In this document: piece by piece, positions 8,994 through 17,619 of the stretch | Layout: each line of letters begins with the position of its first letter | How positions within the stretch are numbered: position 1 is the stretch's first letter | From: Rhizocola hellebori | GTDB taxonomy: Bacteria; Actinomycetota; Actinomycetes; Mycobacteriales; Micromonosporaceae | DNA length: 64,000 nt | Reading direction: 5' to 3' | Assembly (NCBI RefSeq): GCF_016862955.1 | Contig: NZ_BONY01000008.1 | Location: forward strand, 144,352-208,351 | Translations under genes and position numbers: made by a program | The notes under the pieces: model-generated | Database searches by the model: none | Told to the model about the DNA's origin: nothing | Seen by the model: only the letters and a program-made list of their open reading frames with translations

Positions 8994-9902
8994 TCACAGG
9001 TCTTCCAGGCGCAGTGCCAGATCCGCTGTGGCAGCTTCGGTGTGCGACGCGCCGCGAGCGATAACCGCAAGATCGGTGCAGATCATCGCCACGGTCCAGA
9101 TCTGATGGAACTCACGCGCAGGGACGGCCCCATCGAGGTACGCATGACGTAGCAGGATCCGATCGGCGGGGTCGGGCCAGCGGTGCAGGTCGAGCGCGGG
9201 ATGGCCGGCATAGGAGTCACCGAAGTCGATCAGGCCGGTGAGTTGGCCTGTGCCCGGGTCGACGAACGCGTGGGTAGGGCCGGGATTGGAGTGCAACAGT
9301 GCGGGGGCCTGAATCAGGGTTTCGGGCAGCGCGGCAAGCGATCGACTGATCACCATGTTTAGTGGCAGCGGTAGCGGTACCAAGGAAAAACCATCGGCAA
9401 TATCGGCGAATCCGTGTTCAAATCGGTTGCGCAGCGCGGCAGCGTCGTTGTCGGTGGGAAGCCGGCTGATGTCGACTGATGTGGCGTGCAGCCGGCGCAG
9501 TAGCGCGCCGAGCTCGGCGAGGAGATCCGGCTGTGCCGCAGCATCAAGGGAGGCGTTGCCCGGGATTCGGGTCATACACAGGTACTCCACCGGACCCTGG
9601 TCGGTGTCGGTGCGGTCGTAGCCCAGCAGCCGGGGAATCCAGCCGCTCAACGGCTCAGCGAGCGCGTCAAGCAAATACGCCTCCTTGGCGAGGCTGGTGC
9701 GTGGGCGCAATCGGTGCGGGCGCTGGGTTTTGACCACGATCGTGTCATCGACCAGATACGCACGCGCCTCCCCTCCCGACTCGTCCACACCGGTGACATG
9801 GTCCACATTGGACACATGGCGCCGAGTCAGGCGCACGATGAGTTCGTCGGACAGCACCGGATCGGGAGCATGCGGTTGCAGATAGACGTCGGCGCGGCCC
9901 AC
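8994..9902 (-). CDS. Phosphotransferase-family protein (APH/ChoK-like kinase fold)
   Basis: HSNPGPTHAFVDP (catalytic loop) and LIDFGDSYAGHPALDL (DFG-type) motifs; start placed at GTG with an AGAAGGGAG SD 6 nt upstream, 23 nt after the chrA stop. Confidence 0.75.
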   Translation of the reverse strand: MGRADVYLQPHAPDPVLSDELIVRLTRRHVSNVDHVTGVDESGGEARAYLVDDTIVVKTQRPHRLRPRTSLAKEAYLLDALAEPLSGWIPRLLGYDRTDTDQGPVEYLCMTRIPGNASLDAAAQPDLLAELGALLRRLHATSVDISRLPTDNDAAALRNRFEHGFADIADGFSLVPLPLPLNMVISRSLAALPETLIQAPALLHSNPGPTHAFVDPGTGQLTGLIDFGDSYAGHPALDLHRWPDPADRILLRHAYLDGAVPAREFHQIWTVAMICTDLAVIARGASHTEAATADLALRLEDL

Positions 9903-9924
9903 GATCGACTCCCTTCTCGGCGGG

Positions 9925-11142
9925 TTACCAAGGCCAGTGCAGGATGATCCCGGCGATGGCGCCCGCGGCCACCACATACGGTTCCTTAATCTTCCAGCGC
10001 AGCAGGACAGCCAGTGTCGCTACGGCGATTCCGGCGGTGGCCCAGTCTGTGACGATCTGCTGAGACAACACGACGACGACGCCGGCGATCGCGCCCGCCG
10101 CAGCCGCTGTGGCGCCCTTGACGAACGCTTGGATCTGAGCGTTGTCGCGGTGGCGCAGGAACCACGGCCCGGGCAGGACTACGCCGAGAAAGATCGGGGT
10201 GAAGATGGCGACGGTGGCCACGATTGCGCCCTGCCATCCGGCGGCCAGGTAGCCGACAAAGGTGGCGGTGATGACCACCGGCCCCGGGGTGATCAGGCCC
10301 ATCGCGACCGCGTCCAGAAACTGCGCATCGGTCAGCCAATGGTATTGGTGTACAGCCCCGTCGCGCAGAAATGGCACAATCGCCAGCCCCGATCCGAAGG
10401 TCAGCGCTCCGGCCTTGGCGAAAAACCAAGCCAGGGTAAGCAATGTGCCGGCTCCGGTGGCGGCGGCGAGTGCTTTGACCGGCCAGGCGATCGCGGCCAC
10501 GGGGGCGATTGTCAACGCCGGTCGGTCGCGGCGGCGAAACCAGCGCGGGGGCGCGTCTACGAGAATCATCACGAAGCCGGAGCCGAGGAAGAGCAGGGCG
10601 ATCTCCGTTCCGGTCCACGCGGTCGCCACCGCCAGCACGACGCTGATCGTCCACAATCGCCAGTCACGCCGGTTGGTCATCCGGGCCAGTTTGTAAGCGG
10701 CGATGGCGATAATGGCCATCACCGCCGGAGCGATGCCGTAAAACAGCGCCTGCACCAGGCTCGACCCCTGATAGCGGCCATAGGCGACCGCCACAGCGAG
10801 CACCACGACGAACGACGGGGCGATGAACGCGATGGCCGCGGCCAGCGCGCCCCAGGATCGGGCGCGAAGGAATCCGAGCCACATTACTACCTGCGCGGCA
10901 AGGGGTCCTGGCATCGCCTGCCCCAGCGCCACCCCATCCAGAAAGTCCTGCGGTGACAGCCATTTGCGCCGTTCGACCAGGTCGCGTTGCATGTAGCCGA
11001 CAGTGGCGATCGGACCGCCGAAGCCCCAGGCGCCCAGGCCGAGGAAGTAGCCCAGGAACACCTTCATCGGCACGGCGCGGATATCAGGCGCAGAGTCATC
11101 GGCATCCGATGTGCTCATGCCGGCGTCAGTAGAGGTAGACAT
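9925..11142 (-). CDS. chrA: Chromate ion transporter ChrA (CHR family, full-length two-domain type)
   Basis: 405 aa; duplicated CHR halves with GGP/TPGP motifs (GFGGPIATVGYM..., GLITPGPVVITATFVGY). Confidence 0.9.
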   Translation of the reverse strand: MSTSTDAGMSTSDADDSAPDIRAVPMKVFLGYFLGLGAWGFGGPIATVGYMQRDLVERRKWLSPQDFLDGVALGQAMPGPLAAQVVMWLGFLRARSWGALAAAIAFIAPSFVVVLAVAVAYGRYQGSSLVQALFYGIAPAVMAIIAIAAYKLARMTNRRDWRLWTISVVLAVATAWTGTEIALLFLGSGFVMILVDAPPRWFRRRDRPALTIAPVAAIAWPVKALAAATGAGTLLTLAWFFAKAGALTFGSGLAIVPFLRDGAVHQYHWLTDAQFLDAVAMGLITPGPVVITATFVGYLAAGWQGAIVATVAIFTPIFLGVVLPGPWFLRHRDNAQIQAFVKGATAAAAGAIAGVVVVLSQQIVTDWATAGIAVATLAVLLRWKIKEPYVVAAGAIAGIILHWPW

Positions 11143-11494
11143 CGACGAGAAACGCCGCTAGACCTGCCAGCAGCGAAAGGCTGACCGCGCGGCGGGCGGG
11201 CTCGCCGCTCAACGGGCCCAGGCCGAGCACAAGCGCTGTGGCGGCGATCGCAAACACCCCGGAGCCGGTGTCCTGCCAGCTGGCTGGCATTACCGCGATC
11301 GGCGCGTCAGTGAAGAAGCTGTCGGCGTGTGTCGCCCGCAGAATCGCGTTCCAGGCGATCGGCCCCACTGCGGCGCCCAGGGCAGCTCCCACTCCAGCGG
11401 CGACCCGGTGACCGCGCGCAGCGAGCGCAACCAGGGCTGCGGCCAGCAGCGCCGACAGCGCCGCGCCATAACCGATGACCATCCAGCTGATCAT
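11126..11494 (-). CDS. Hypothetical small membrane protein (about 120 aa, 3-4 TM)
   Basis: Hydrophobic ORF upstream of chrA; start taken at MISWMVIGYG. Confidence 0.45.
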   Translation of the reverse strand: MISWMVIGYGAALSALLAAALVALAARGHRVAAGVGAALGAAVGPIAWNAILRATHADSFFTDAPIAVMPASWQDTGSGVFAIAATALVLGLGPLSGEPARRAVSLSLLAGLAAFLVDVYLY

Positions 11495-11530
11495 GTCGCA
11501 GCCTCCCCTGGGCTTGGTGGGCGATGTCCT

Positions 11531-11609
11531 ATCTAGACGGTCGACGACCGCCGGCTCGGAGTTCACCATCGCACCTTTTCAATTCTGATGCAACCGTGGT
11601 TACATCTAG
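11531..11609. promoter_or_regulatory. Putative operator copies ATCTAGACGG (11531-11540) and ATCTAG (11604-11609) immediately upstream of the 11613 gene. The same 8-mer occurs in the ars-island promoters.
   Basis: TCTAGA-containing motifs are rare in this GC-rich DNA, yet appear three times at promoter positions. Confidence 0.35.
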
Positions 11610-11612
11610 CGC

Positions 11613-12002
11613 ATGGAAAGTCTGGTCACCTTTGTCTGCCAACACGGCGCCGGCAAAAGCCGCATCGCCGCGGCCCTGTTCAATGCGGCCGCGCCACCCG
11701 GCTGGCGGGCAACCTCCGCCGGTATCGAGCCTCAAGAGCAACCGAGTGCGGCCGCCGCATCAATGTTGGTTGCCGACCCCGCGGCAGCGGAGCTCGACAC
11801 CACCGCCCCTCGCCCATTGGGCGACACCCACAACGGCATGGTCGTAGCCATCGACTGCGATATCCCCGAGGCCCGGCAGTGGATGCTCACCCACGAATGG
11901 CCCGACCCGCAAGTCCTCGCGGAGCTCCGTGCCCTGACCGCCGAACTTATCGCGGGTCTGAACCTGCGGCTATCGAGCGACCAGCATGGGCAGCTGGCGT
12001 AA
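11613..12002 (+). CDS. Low-molecular-weight phosphotyrosine-phosphatase / ArsC-like family protein (P-loop variant)
   Basis: N-terminal VTFVCQHGAGKSRIAAALF resembles the LMW-PTP/ArsC CX5R P-loop but with altered spacing; 129 aa. Confidence 0.5.
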   Translation: MESLVTFVCQHGAGKSRIAAALFNAAAPPGWRATSAGIEPQEQPSAAAASMLVADPAAAELDTTAPRPLGDTHNGMVVAIDCDIPEARQWMLTHEWPDPQVLAELRALTAELIAGLNLRLSSDQHGQLA

Positions 12003-12545
12003 CGTCAGGCCGACGCGGGCGATGCTGGCTGGGACGGCCAGCGCCATGGGCCAGACGAAGCCTGGCGCCGCGTACCCGATGGAAAAGAGCATGATCAGGT
12101 CGAGCAGGCTCATGGCGCAGGCGCCCATCACGGCGATACGCGTGCGGGAGTAGGTGTTGCTGGTTGCCGCGGCGGCCAGCACCGCGATAGTGGCCAAAAG
12201 GCTTGCCACGAAGGCGATGACGGCGGGCCTGGGAATGGGCCAGGTCCAAAAGCGAGCAGCCACAAGACTGGCGCCCCAGCACATCCCTACGGCAGGCCCG
12301 GTGACAAGCATCAGGCGCGCAGCCCGCCGTGCCGGTGAGTGCCGGGCAAATGCGGCATTGATTTCTTTTGTGGTACCGAATTCGGCTAACGCCCTTGCGG
12401 CAGCGTCCTGCGGCGACAGGCCCGTGCCGAGGTGATGGTGGTAAGTCTCGGCCAGCCCGTCGGCGAGCTCGTCAAGGGCGTCGGCGGGCAGACGGCAGCG
12501 GGCGAGGCCGGCCAGAAAAGTCTCGATCAGGTGGTGGCTGGCCAC
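11970..12545 (-). CDS. PadR-associated HAAS-domain membrane protein (N-terminal cytoplasmic helical domain + 3-4 TM)
   Basis: ETFLAGLARCRLPADALDELADGLAETYHHHLG...ALAEFGTTKEI follows the DUF1700/HAAS pattern; hydrophobic C-terminal half; overlaps the PadR stop. Confidence 0.65.
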   Translation of the reverse strand: MASHHLIETFLAGLARCRLPADALDELADGLAETYHHHLGTGLSPQDAAARALAEFGTTKEINAAFARHSPARRAARLMLVTGPAVGMCWGASLVAARFWTWPIPRPAVIAFVASLLATIAVLAAAATSNTYSRTRIAVMGACAMSLLDLIMLFSIGYAAPGFVWPMALAVPASIARVGLTLRQLPMLVAR

Positions 12546-12871
12546 GGTTTGGCCTCCAGCATCGCGGTGACAGCGGCGGCGAACTCACGCCAGTTGGTGC
12601 GCTCGCCGGCCAGCTTGGTTTCACCGGCGGCGGTGAGCTGGTAGCTGCGGCGGCGTCGTCCGTCCACCACCGACCAGCTTCCGGCGATGAGGCCGGCGGC
12701 TTCGAGGCGGTGCAGCGCAGGGTAAACGGTGCCGGTGGGCAGATCGAAACGGCCGTTGCTGCCGTCGCGCAGCGCCTCTTTGACGGCGTAACCGTGCTGC
12801 GGCCCGTCGGCGAGGGTGGCCAGCAGCAGCACATCAAGGTGGCCTTTGAGGGCTTGCGAATCCGCCTTCAT
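12527..12871 (-). CDS. PadR-family transcriptional regulator
   Basis: LKGHLDVLLLATLADGPQHGYAV...TVYPALHRLEAAGLI is the PadR wHTH. Confidence 0.9.
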   Translation of the reverse strand: MKADSQALKGHLDVLLLATLADGPQHGYAVKEALRDGSNGRFDLPTGTVYPALHRLEAAGLIAGSWSVVDGRRRRSYQLTAAGETKLAGERTNWREFAAAVTAMLEAKPWPATT

Positions 12872-12888
12872 AGGTAGCTATCCTACAC
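12872..12888. promoter_or_regulatory. Motif TAGGTAgctaTCCTACACT directly upstream of the PadR start. The same motif (without gcta) recurs at 15808-15830 upstream of the monooxygenase.
   Basis: Shared 6+10-mer read directly at both sites. Confidence 0.35.
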
Positions 12889-12909
12889 TCATGACGGTGG
12901 GCAGCAAAC

Positions 12910-14154
12910 CTAGCGGCGGGTGAACGCCAGGCCGGCCAAGGCAAGCAGCATCCATCCGACCAGATACCAGAAGGCGACAGCGGGCGAGAGGACCGTCCAC
13001 AACAGACCCGCGATCGCCGAGGCGGCAAGGTTGCCCAGCGACTGGACGGCGGCGAGCATGCCGAAGGCAGACCCGCGAATGTCGCCCGGCGCCATCGCGG
13101 CGACTGCGGCGTGTTCGGCTGTCTCCACCGCGCCGATGCCGATCCCGGCAAGCACAAACGGTAAAGCCAGCACAGCGACCGAGGCCGGAGCGAGGGCGAA
13201 ACCGGTGTAGGCAAAGGTGAAACAGGCCACCCCGCCGGTCAGCACGACGACCGGGCCGGTCGCGCCGAGACGGTCGGCCAGCCTTCCGGCGGGGATGCTG
13301 GCCAGCGTGGCGGCCACGTTGTAGCCGATGTAGAGCGCGATCGCATAGGTGGTCGCGGTGGCGCTGCCGTGCTGAGGGGTGAGCAGCTCGGTGGCGCGCA
13401 GGATGAGCAATGTCGCTGCGATGTTGCCCACTTCGAACGCGGCCACCGCACCCAGCAGCCTGCCCAACCGCCCGCGTAGCACCGGACGGACGATGAACCG
13501 GATCGGGGTGCGTGGGCGGGCGGCGGCGCGGCGGGTATGCCGGATCGCGTAGACGATCGCTCCCGCCGCGAGCAGACCGGGAATCACCGATAGCGCGATC
13601 GCCCACCGCACTCCCACCACGGCGACCAAACCCAAGGCCAGCAGCGGGCCGAGAATCGCGCCGAGGTTGTCCATGGCCCGTTCGAAACCGTAGGCGCGCC
13701 CGTAAGCGGAAGCGGGTACGACATCGGCGAGCAGAGCGTTGCGGGCCGGCACCCGCAGCCCACGGGCCAGCCACGCGCCGCTGCGCAGCAGCCCCACCTG
13801 CCACACGCTCTGCGCGGCGGCGATGCCCGCCGAAAGCACCGCGGTGGCCGTGTATCCGCCTACTGCCACCGCCCGGCGCCGTTGCGGATCGTCAGCCAGC
13901 GCGCCACCGGCAAAGCGGGCAACCCCCGCCAACCCGTCGGCCACACCTTCGATCACCCCGAGCGCGGCCGCGGGTGCTTGCAGGGTCGAGGTCAGCAGCG
14001 AGGGCAGCAACGCTGTGGGTATCTCATGACCGACATCAGCGAGCAAACTCGCGGTGCCGATTCCGGTCACACCGGCGGTGAGCCAGCGCTGCTCGTCGGA
14101 GTCGGCAGCGACCGGCTCGGGCTGACTGGAGGTCACGGCACGTGAGTCTGCCAT
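12910..14154 (-). CDS. MFS transporter (12 TM)
   Basis: 414 aa; hydrophobic; MFS-type loop motifs; 12 nt downstream of the monooxygenase gene. Confidence 0.85.
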   Translation of the reverse strand: MADSRAVTSSQPEPVAADSDEQRWLTAGVTGIGTASLLADVGHEIPTALLPSLLTSTLQAPAAALGVIEGVADGLAGVARFAGGALADDPQRRRAVAVGGYTATAVLSAGIAAAQSVWQVGLLRSGAWLARGLRVPARNALLADVVPASAYGRAYGFERAMDNLGAILGPLLALGLVAVVGVRWAIALSVIPGLLAAGAIVYAIRHTRRAAARPRTPIRFIVRPVLRGRLGRLLGAVAAFEVGNIAATLLILRATELLTPQHGSATATTYAIALYIGYNVAATLASIPAGRLADRLGATGPVVVLTGGVACFTFAYTGFALAPASVAVLALPFVLAGIGIGAVETAEHAAVAAMAPGDIRGSAFGMLAAVQSLGNLAASAIAGLLWTVLSPAVAFWYLVGWMLLALAGLAFTRR

Positions 14155-14166
14155 AGACCTCTCTTA

Positions 14167-15750
14167 CTATGGCTGCAGCCACCGGTTCAGGTAGCCGTGC
14201 AGTCTCGGCAGGCCGGTGACGCCAGCGCGCAAGCCGATGTATCCGTCCGGGCGGACCAGGATGAGGCCGGCGTCGCTGGGGCCGAAACCTAGACGTTGCA
14301 AGGCTTTTCCGGTCGCGTCGGTGCGGCCGGTCGCGGACAGGCGGTGGACCGCTACCGATCGGCTGTGCGGCGGGTGTAACAGTTCCCCGGCTGCGGGCCA
14401 GCCTGGCCCGCACAGCATCAAATGCCAGCCCGGCTGGCGCAACAACGTGTGCAGAGTCGTTGGCAGTCCTTCGTGGATGACTGGTGCGTCGGGCATCCGG
14501 TCGCCTGCCTTCGGCCCGCGGCGAGGAGCATGCGGTTCGTCGATCGACAGCGGGCTGCGCCGGTAGCTGATGGCCAGCTGCGAAATGGTGCGAAACCCGT
14601 ACCGGCGGCTCAGTTTGGAGCAGACCACCAAGGGGATGAGGCGGGGCGCTACCTGCGTGCGGGCGAAGCTCACCAGCGGGTTGGTAGAGGTGGCGATGGT
14701 GAAGGCCCGGTCGGTGAACCGCAGCACCTCAGCACCGATCGGCACACGTTCCGGCTGGTAGGTGTCCAGCAATCGCAACGGGGCAAGGCCGGCCGTGACC
14801 TGGGCGAGTTTCCAGCCCAAATTGACCGCGTCCTGGATGCCGGTGTTCATTCCCTGCGCTCCGGCGGGGCTGTGGATGTGCGCGGCATCCCCGGCCAGAA
14901 ACACCCGCCCGGCCCTATATTGCACCGCTCCCCTGTTGTGCAGCCGAAAATTCGTCATCCACACCGGATCGCGCAACCGCACCCCACCTTCCCCGGTGTA
15001 GGCGTCGGCCAACGCCTGAACCTCGGCCAGAAAGACGGGCTGCGCAACGGGTGTGTCATCAGAGCGCGGTCGCATGGCGAGCATTCGCCAGGTGGCTGGT
15101 TTGCCCAGCGGGAAGAAGAACAGCATTCCGTGCCGGGAAAGGAAGACGTGGGCCGCACCGGTTTCGATCCCGTCAGCCTCCAGATCCGCCAGCACAAAGG
15201 TTTGCGGGTACGCGGCGCCCTCGAAAGCTATCCCGGCCTGCTGCCGCACCGTGGAATGCGCGCCATCACAGCCGACGACGTATCCCACGTCGACCTGTTC
15301 CTGCCTACCGTCGCCGTGGCGAAGCACGCACTTAACCGCATCAGCAGTTTGTCGCATGTGGACAAGCTGGGTACCGCGTTCCACCACCACATCGCGAGAA
15401 GCAAGATGCTCACCCAGGATGCGTTCCGTTTCCGCTTGCGACAGGAACAGCAGGAACGGGTAGGCAGTATCCTCCACTCCGATATCGAACAACTCGACCG
15501 GCACCACGCGCCGCCCCGCGTGCATCCTCAGCTGGACAGCGCGATTGCCCAGGGCGACCAGCTCCTCGGTGACGCCGAGCCCGGCAAGCACCTCCAGCGT
15601 TCGCGGCTGGATCGCCAGCGCCCGCGATTCGCTTGCCCGGTCAAGGTTGCGGTCGACGATCCGCATATTGGTGCCGTAGGCCGCCAGCTGTGCGGCCAGG
15701 CTCAGCCCGGTCGGACCGGCGCCCACGACCAGCACATCCACATCGCTCAT
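14167..15750 (-). CDS. FAD-dependent aromatic-ring monooxygenase (PheA/TfdB / PHBH-fold, with C-terminal thioredoxin-like domain)
   Basis: MSDVDVLVVGAGPTGLSLAAQLAAYG is the FAD GxGxxG; DG and GD motifs (FLAGDAAHIHSPAGAQGMNTGIQDA); 527 aa. Confidence 0.85.
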   Translation of the reverse strand: MSDVDVLVVGAGPTGLSLAAQLAAYGTNMRIVDRNLDRASESRALAIQPRTLEVLAGLGVTEELVALGNRAVQLRMHAGRRVVPVELFDIGVEDTAYPFLLFLSQAETERILGEHLASRDVVVERGTQLVHMRQTADAVKCVLRHGDGRQEQVDVGYVVGCDGAHSTVRQQAGIAFEGAAYPQTFVLADLEADGIETGAAHVFLSRHGMLFFFPLGKPATWRMLAMRPRSDDTPVAQPVFLAEVQALADAYTGEGGVRLRDPVWMTNFRLHNRGAVQYRAGRVFLAGDAAHIHSPAGAQGMNTGIQDAVNLGWKLAQVTAGLAPLRLLDTYQPERVPIGAEVLRFTDRAFTIATSTNPLVSFARTQVAPRLIPLVVCSKLSRRYGFRTISQLAISYRRSPLSIDEPHAPRRGPKAGDRMPDAPVIHEGLPTTLHTLLRQPGWHLMLCGPGWPAAGELLHPPHSRSVAVHRLSATGRTDATGKALQRLGFGPSDAGLILVRPDGYIGLRAGVTGLPRLHGYLNRWLQP

Positions 15751-15807
15751 GGCGGCGACCCACGCCCGGTAGCTGCATCCATGTGGGCACTCCCGTCCAG
15801 CGGCACC

Positions 15808-15830
15808 TATACGTAGGTATCCTACACTAG
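15808..15830. promoter_or_regulatory. GTAGG-TAT-CCTAC palindrome / TAGGTATCCTACACT motif upstream of the monooxygenase. Shared with the PadR promoter at 12872.
   Basis: Read directly. Confidence 0.35.
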
Positions 15831-15831
15831 C

Positions 15832-16218
15832 CTACGGCGCCTGGCAGTGTCCGGACGGCGCGAAGCGGCAGCGCCCATCGCGGCACTCGGCGATGGTGTT
15901 GGTGATGTTCAGGCGGGTCCGCTGCAGCTCGGCGATTTTGGCATCGATGCGGTCCACAACGGCTTCCATGCGCCACAGCTGGCTGGTTTGACTTGCCTCG
16001 CCGGAGTCGTGGGCGCGCAAGGCGTCGATGACCTCGTCGAGGGTGAAGCCGAGCTGTTGAAGCATGCGGGCCATGCGGATGCGCTCGACCGCGTCCGGCG
16101 TGTAGTCGCGATATCCCGAGGGCCGCCGTTGCGCCGGCGGCAGGACTCCGCGGCGCTCATAGAAGCGCACCGTGTCGATGGTGACCCCAGCGTCTGCGGC
16201 GAGCTGACCGATCTTCAC
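15832..16218 (-). CDS. MerR-family transcriptional regulator with C-terminal Cys cluster (C112/C117/C125)
   Basis: MKIGQLAADAGVTIDTVRFYERRGVL is the HTH; the C-terminus is AECRDGRCRFAPSGHC. Confidence 0.9.
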   Translation of the reverse strand: MKIGQLAADAGVTIDTVRFYERRGVLPPAQRRPSGYRDYTPDAVERIRMARMLQQLGFTLDEVIDALRAHDSGEASQTSQLWRMEAVVDRIDAKIAELQRTRLNITNTIAECRDGRCRFAPSGHCQAP

Positions 16219-16242
16219 ATGGGACCTGATTTCTTCGACGTC

Positions 16243-16274
16243 TTGACTCTGGACCTAAGTCCAGAGTTTACGTT
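16243..16274 (+). promoter_or_regulatory. Textbook MerR-type promoter/operator: -35 TTGACT (16243-16248), 20-bp spacer containing the perfect dyad CTCTGGAC-ctaa-GTCCAGAG (16247-16266), -10 TACGTT (16269-16274). It drives the + strand operon, and MerR1 is transcribed divergently.
   Basis: Hexamers, dyad and the overlong 20-bp spacer were read directly; the architecture follows established MerR/ZntR/CueR promoters. Confidence 0.55.
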
Positions 16275-16347
16275 TGGAGGGCAACCGGGGCAACACCCCC
16301 GGTCAGATCCCGAAGGGTGGCAACAGGTGGAGGACAACATCATTTCG

Positions 16348-16743
16348 ATGCCGGACAGGCCGGTCATCGCGTGTGACATGAGCACGGCTCCAGACACGCC
16401 GGACGAGCGGACCGCCGAATACGGCCGGCTGTTCGGGCAGCACCTGCTGGGCAAAGAGCGCACGGCCGAAGGGATCCGCTTCCGGCTGCGTGCCGCCGAA
16501 GGTGTGGAGGCGTGGGTGAGGGACCTTTCCGCGCGGGAGAAGGCGTGCTGCCCGTTCGCCGACTTCGAAATCGCCACCGCCGACGAAGAGGTGCGCTGGG
16601 ACATCACCGTCGTCGACGACGATTTGGCCAGGGCGGCGCTGGACGAGTTCTACCAGGTGCCCGAGATGACAAGCGCCGGTGAAGACTGGCGGGTCATGGG
16701 ACAACGGCTGGCCGATCGCGGCTTCAGCATCACCACCCGCTGA
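16348..16743 (+). CDS. Small cytoplasmic protein with conserved E-x-x-C-C-x-F vicinal-cysteine motif (131 aa). Paralog of the next gene; unknown family.
   Basis: SAREKACCPFADFEI; RBS GGTGGAGGA; it is the C-terminal part of the 298-aa track ORF, which otherwise overlaps MerR1. Confidence 0.55.
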   Translation: MPDRPVIACDMSTAPDTPDERTAEYGRLFGQHLLGKERTAEGIRFRLRAAEGVEAWVRDLSAREKACCPFADFEIATADEEVRWDITVVDDDLARAALDEFYQVPEMTSAGEDWRVMGQRLADRGFSITTR

Positions 16744-16790
16744 CGTCCGGGGTTGCATCCTGTACCTAGGTACAGGTTTACCGTGGGGTC

Positions 16791-17156
16791 ATGACCACAC
16801 CGAACCTGCCGCCGGCCTGGGCGCCCGACGCGTGCACCCTGCCGACCGCAGACCGGCCGCTGCGGCTCTCCGAGTTCGATGACCTATTCACCGGCCTGAC
16901 GTCGCTAGACCGGATCAGCCCCGTCCAGATTCGCCTGCACCTGGCCGGGGCCGCCGGGCTGGAGGCCACGGTGCGCAATCTCACCGCCCGGGAGACCGAG
17001 TGCTGCTCGTTCTTCACCTTCACCACCACACCGGTTCCGGGCACAGCCGACGGCCGGCTGACCCTGGACGTGGAGGTACCCGCAGCGCACATCGCGGTGC
17101 TGGCGGCCCTGGCCGAGCGGGCGGAAACCCTTGCCGCATCAGGAAAGGCGAGCTGA
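16791..17156 (+). CDS. Paralogous small protein with the same vicinal-cysteine motif (121 aa)
   Basis: TARETECCSFFTFT aligns with REKACCPFADFEI in the previous gene; similar length and layout. Confidence 0.55.
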   Translation: MTTPNLPPAWAPDACTLPTADRPLRLSEFDDLFTGLTSLDRISPVQIRLHLAGAAGLEATVRNLTARETECCSFFTFTTTPVPGTADGRLTLDVEVPAAHIAVLAALAERAETLAASGKAS

Positions 17157-17181
17157 TGCAAGCCAGCGCCGGAGGCCGGCC

Positions 17182-17619
17182 GTGAACAATGAGGGCGGGC
17201 TGCGTACCGGTGAGGTCGCCGAACAGGCCGGGGTCAACATCCAAACCTTGCGCTACTACGAACGCCGGGGCCTGATCGCCGAACCCGCCCGCAGCCCCGG
17301 CGGACACCGCACCTACCCGGCCGACACGGTCACCCTGCTCGCCGTCATCAAAGCCGCCCAGAAACTCGGGTTCACCCTCGACGAGGTCGCCGAGCTGCTC
17401 GCCACCGGCCGCCGCCGTCACCCCACCCGCGACCTTCAACACCGGGCCGCCGCCAAACTCACCGAAGTGGACCAAAAGATCGCCCACCTGCACACCATCC
17501 GCCAAGCCCTCACCCAGCTGATCGCCGCCCGCTGCGACAGCCTCACCAACTGCACCTGCGCCGATTGCCCGATGCCGTTTGCCGGACTGGCCCAACCCGA
17601 AGGACCCACACCACAATGA
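17182..17619 (+). CDS. MerR-family regulator with C-terminal Cys-rich tail (CDSLTNCTCADCP)
   Basis: GTG start with a GGAGG SD; HTH GLRTGEVAEQAGVNIQTLRYYERRGL; four Cys in the last 30 aa. Confidence 0.85.
   Translation: MNNEGGLRTGEVAEQAGVNIQTLRYYERRGLIAEPARSPGGHRTYPADTVTLLAVIKAAQKLGFTLDEVAELLATGRRRHPTRDLQHRAAAKLTEVDQKIAHLHTIRQALTQLIAARCDSLTNCTCADCPMPFAGLAQPEGPTPQ

Noticed and set aside
8809-9105. Treating ORF 8809..9105 as an intact gene
   Set aside because: Only the first roughly 25 residues are ChrB-C-like. The rest overlaps the convergent APH-family gene and has no family character. Called a remnant instead.
15847-16743. 298-aa ORF overlapping MerR1 on the opposite strand
   Set aside because: The N-terminal 167 aa are antisense to MerR1 and non-protein-like. 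Only the last 131 aa, from the ATG at 16348 with an SD, form the CC-motif gene.
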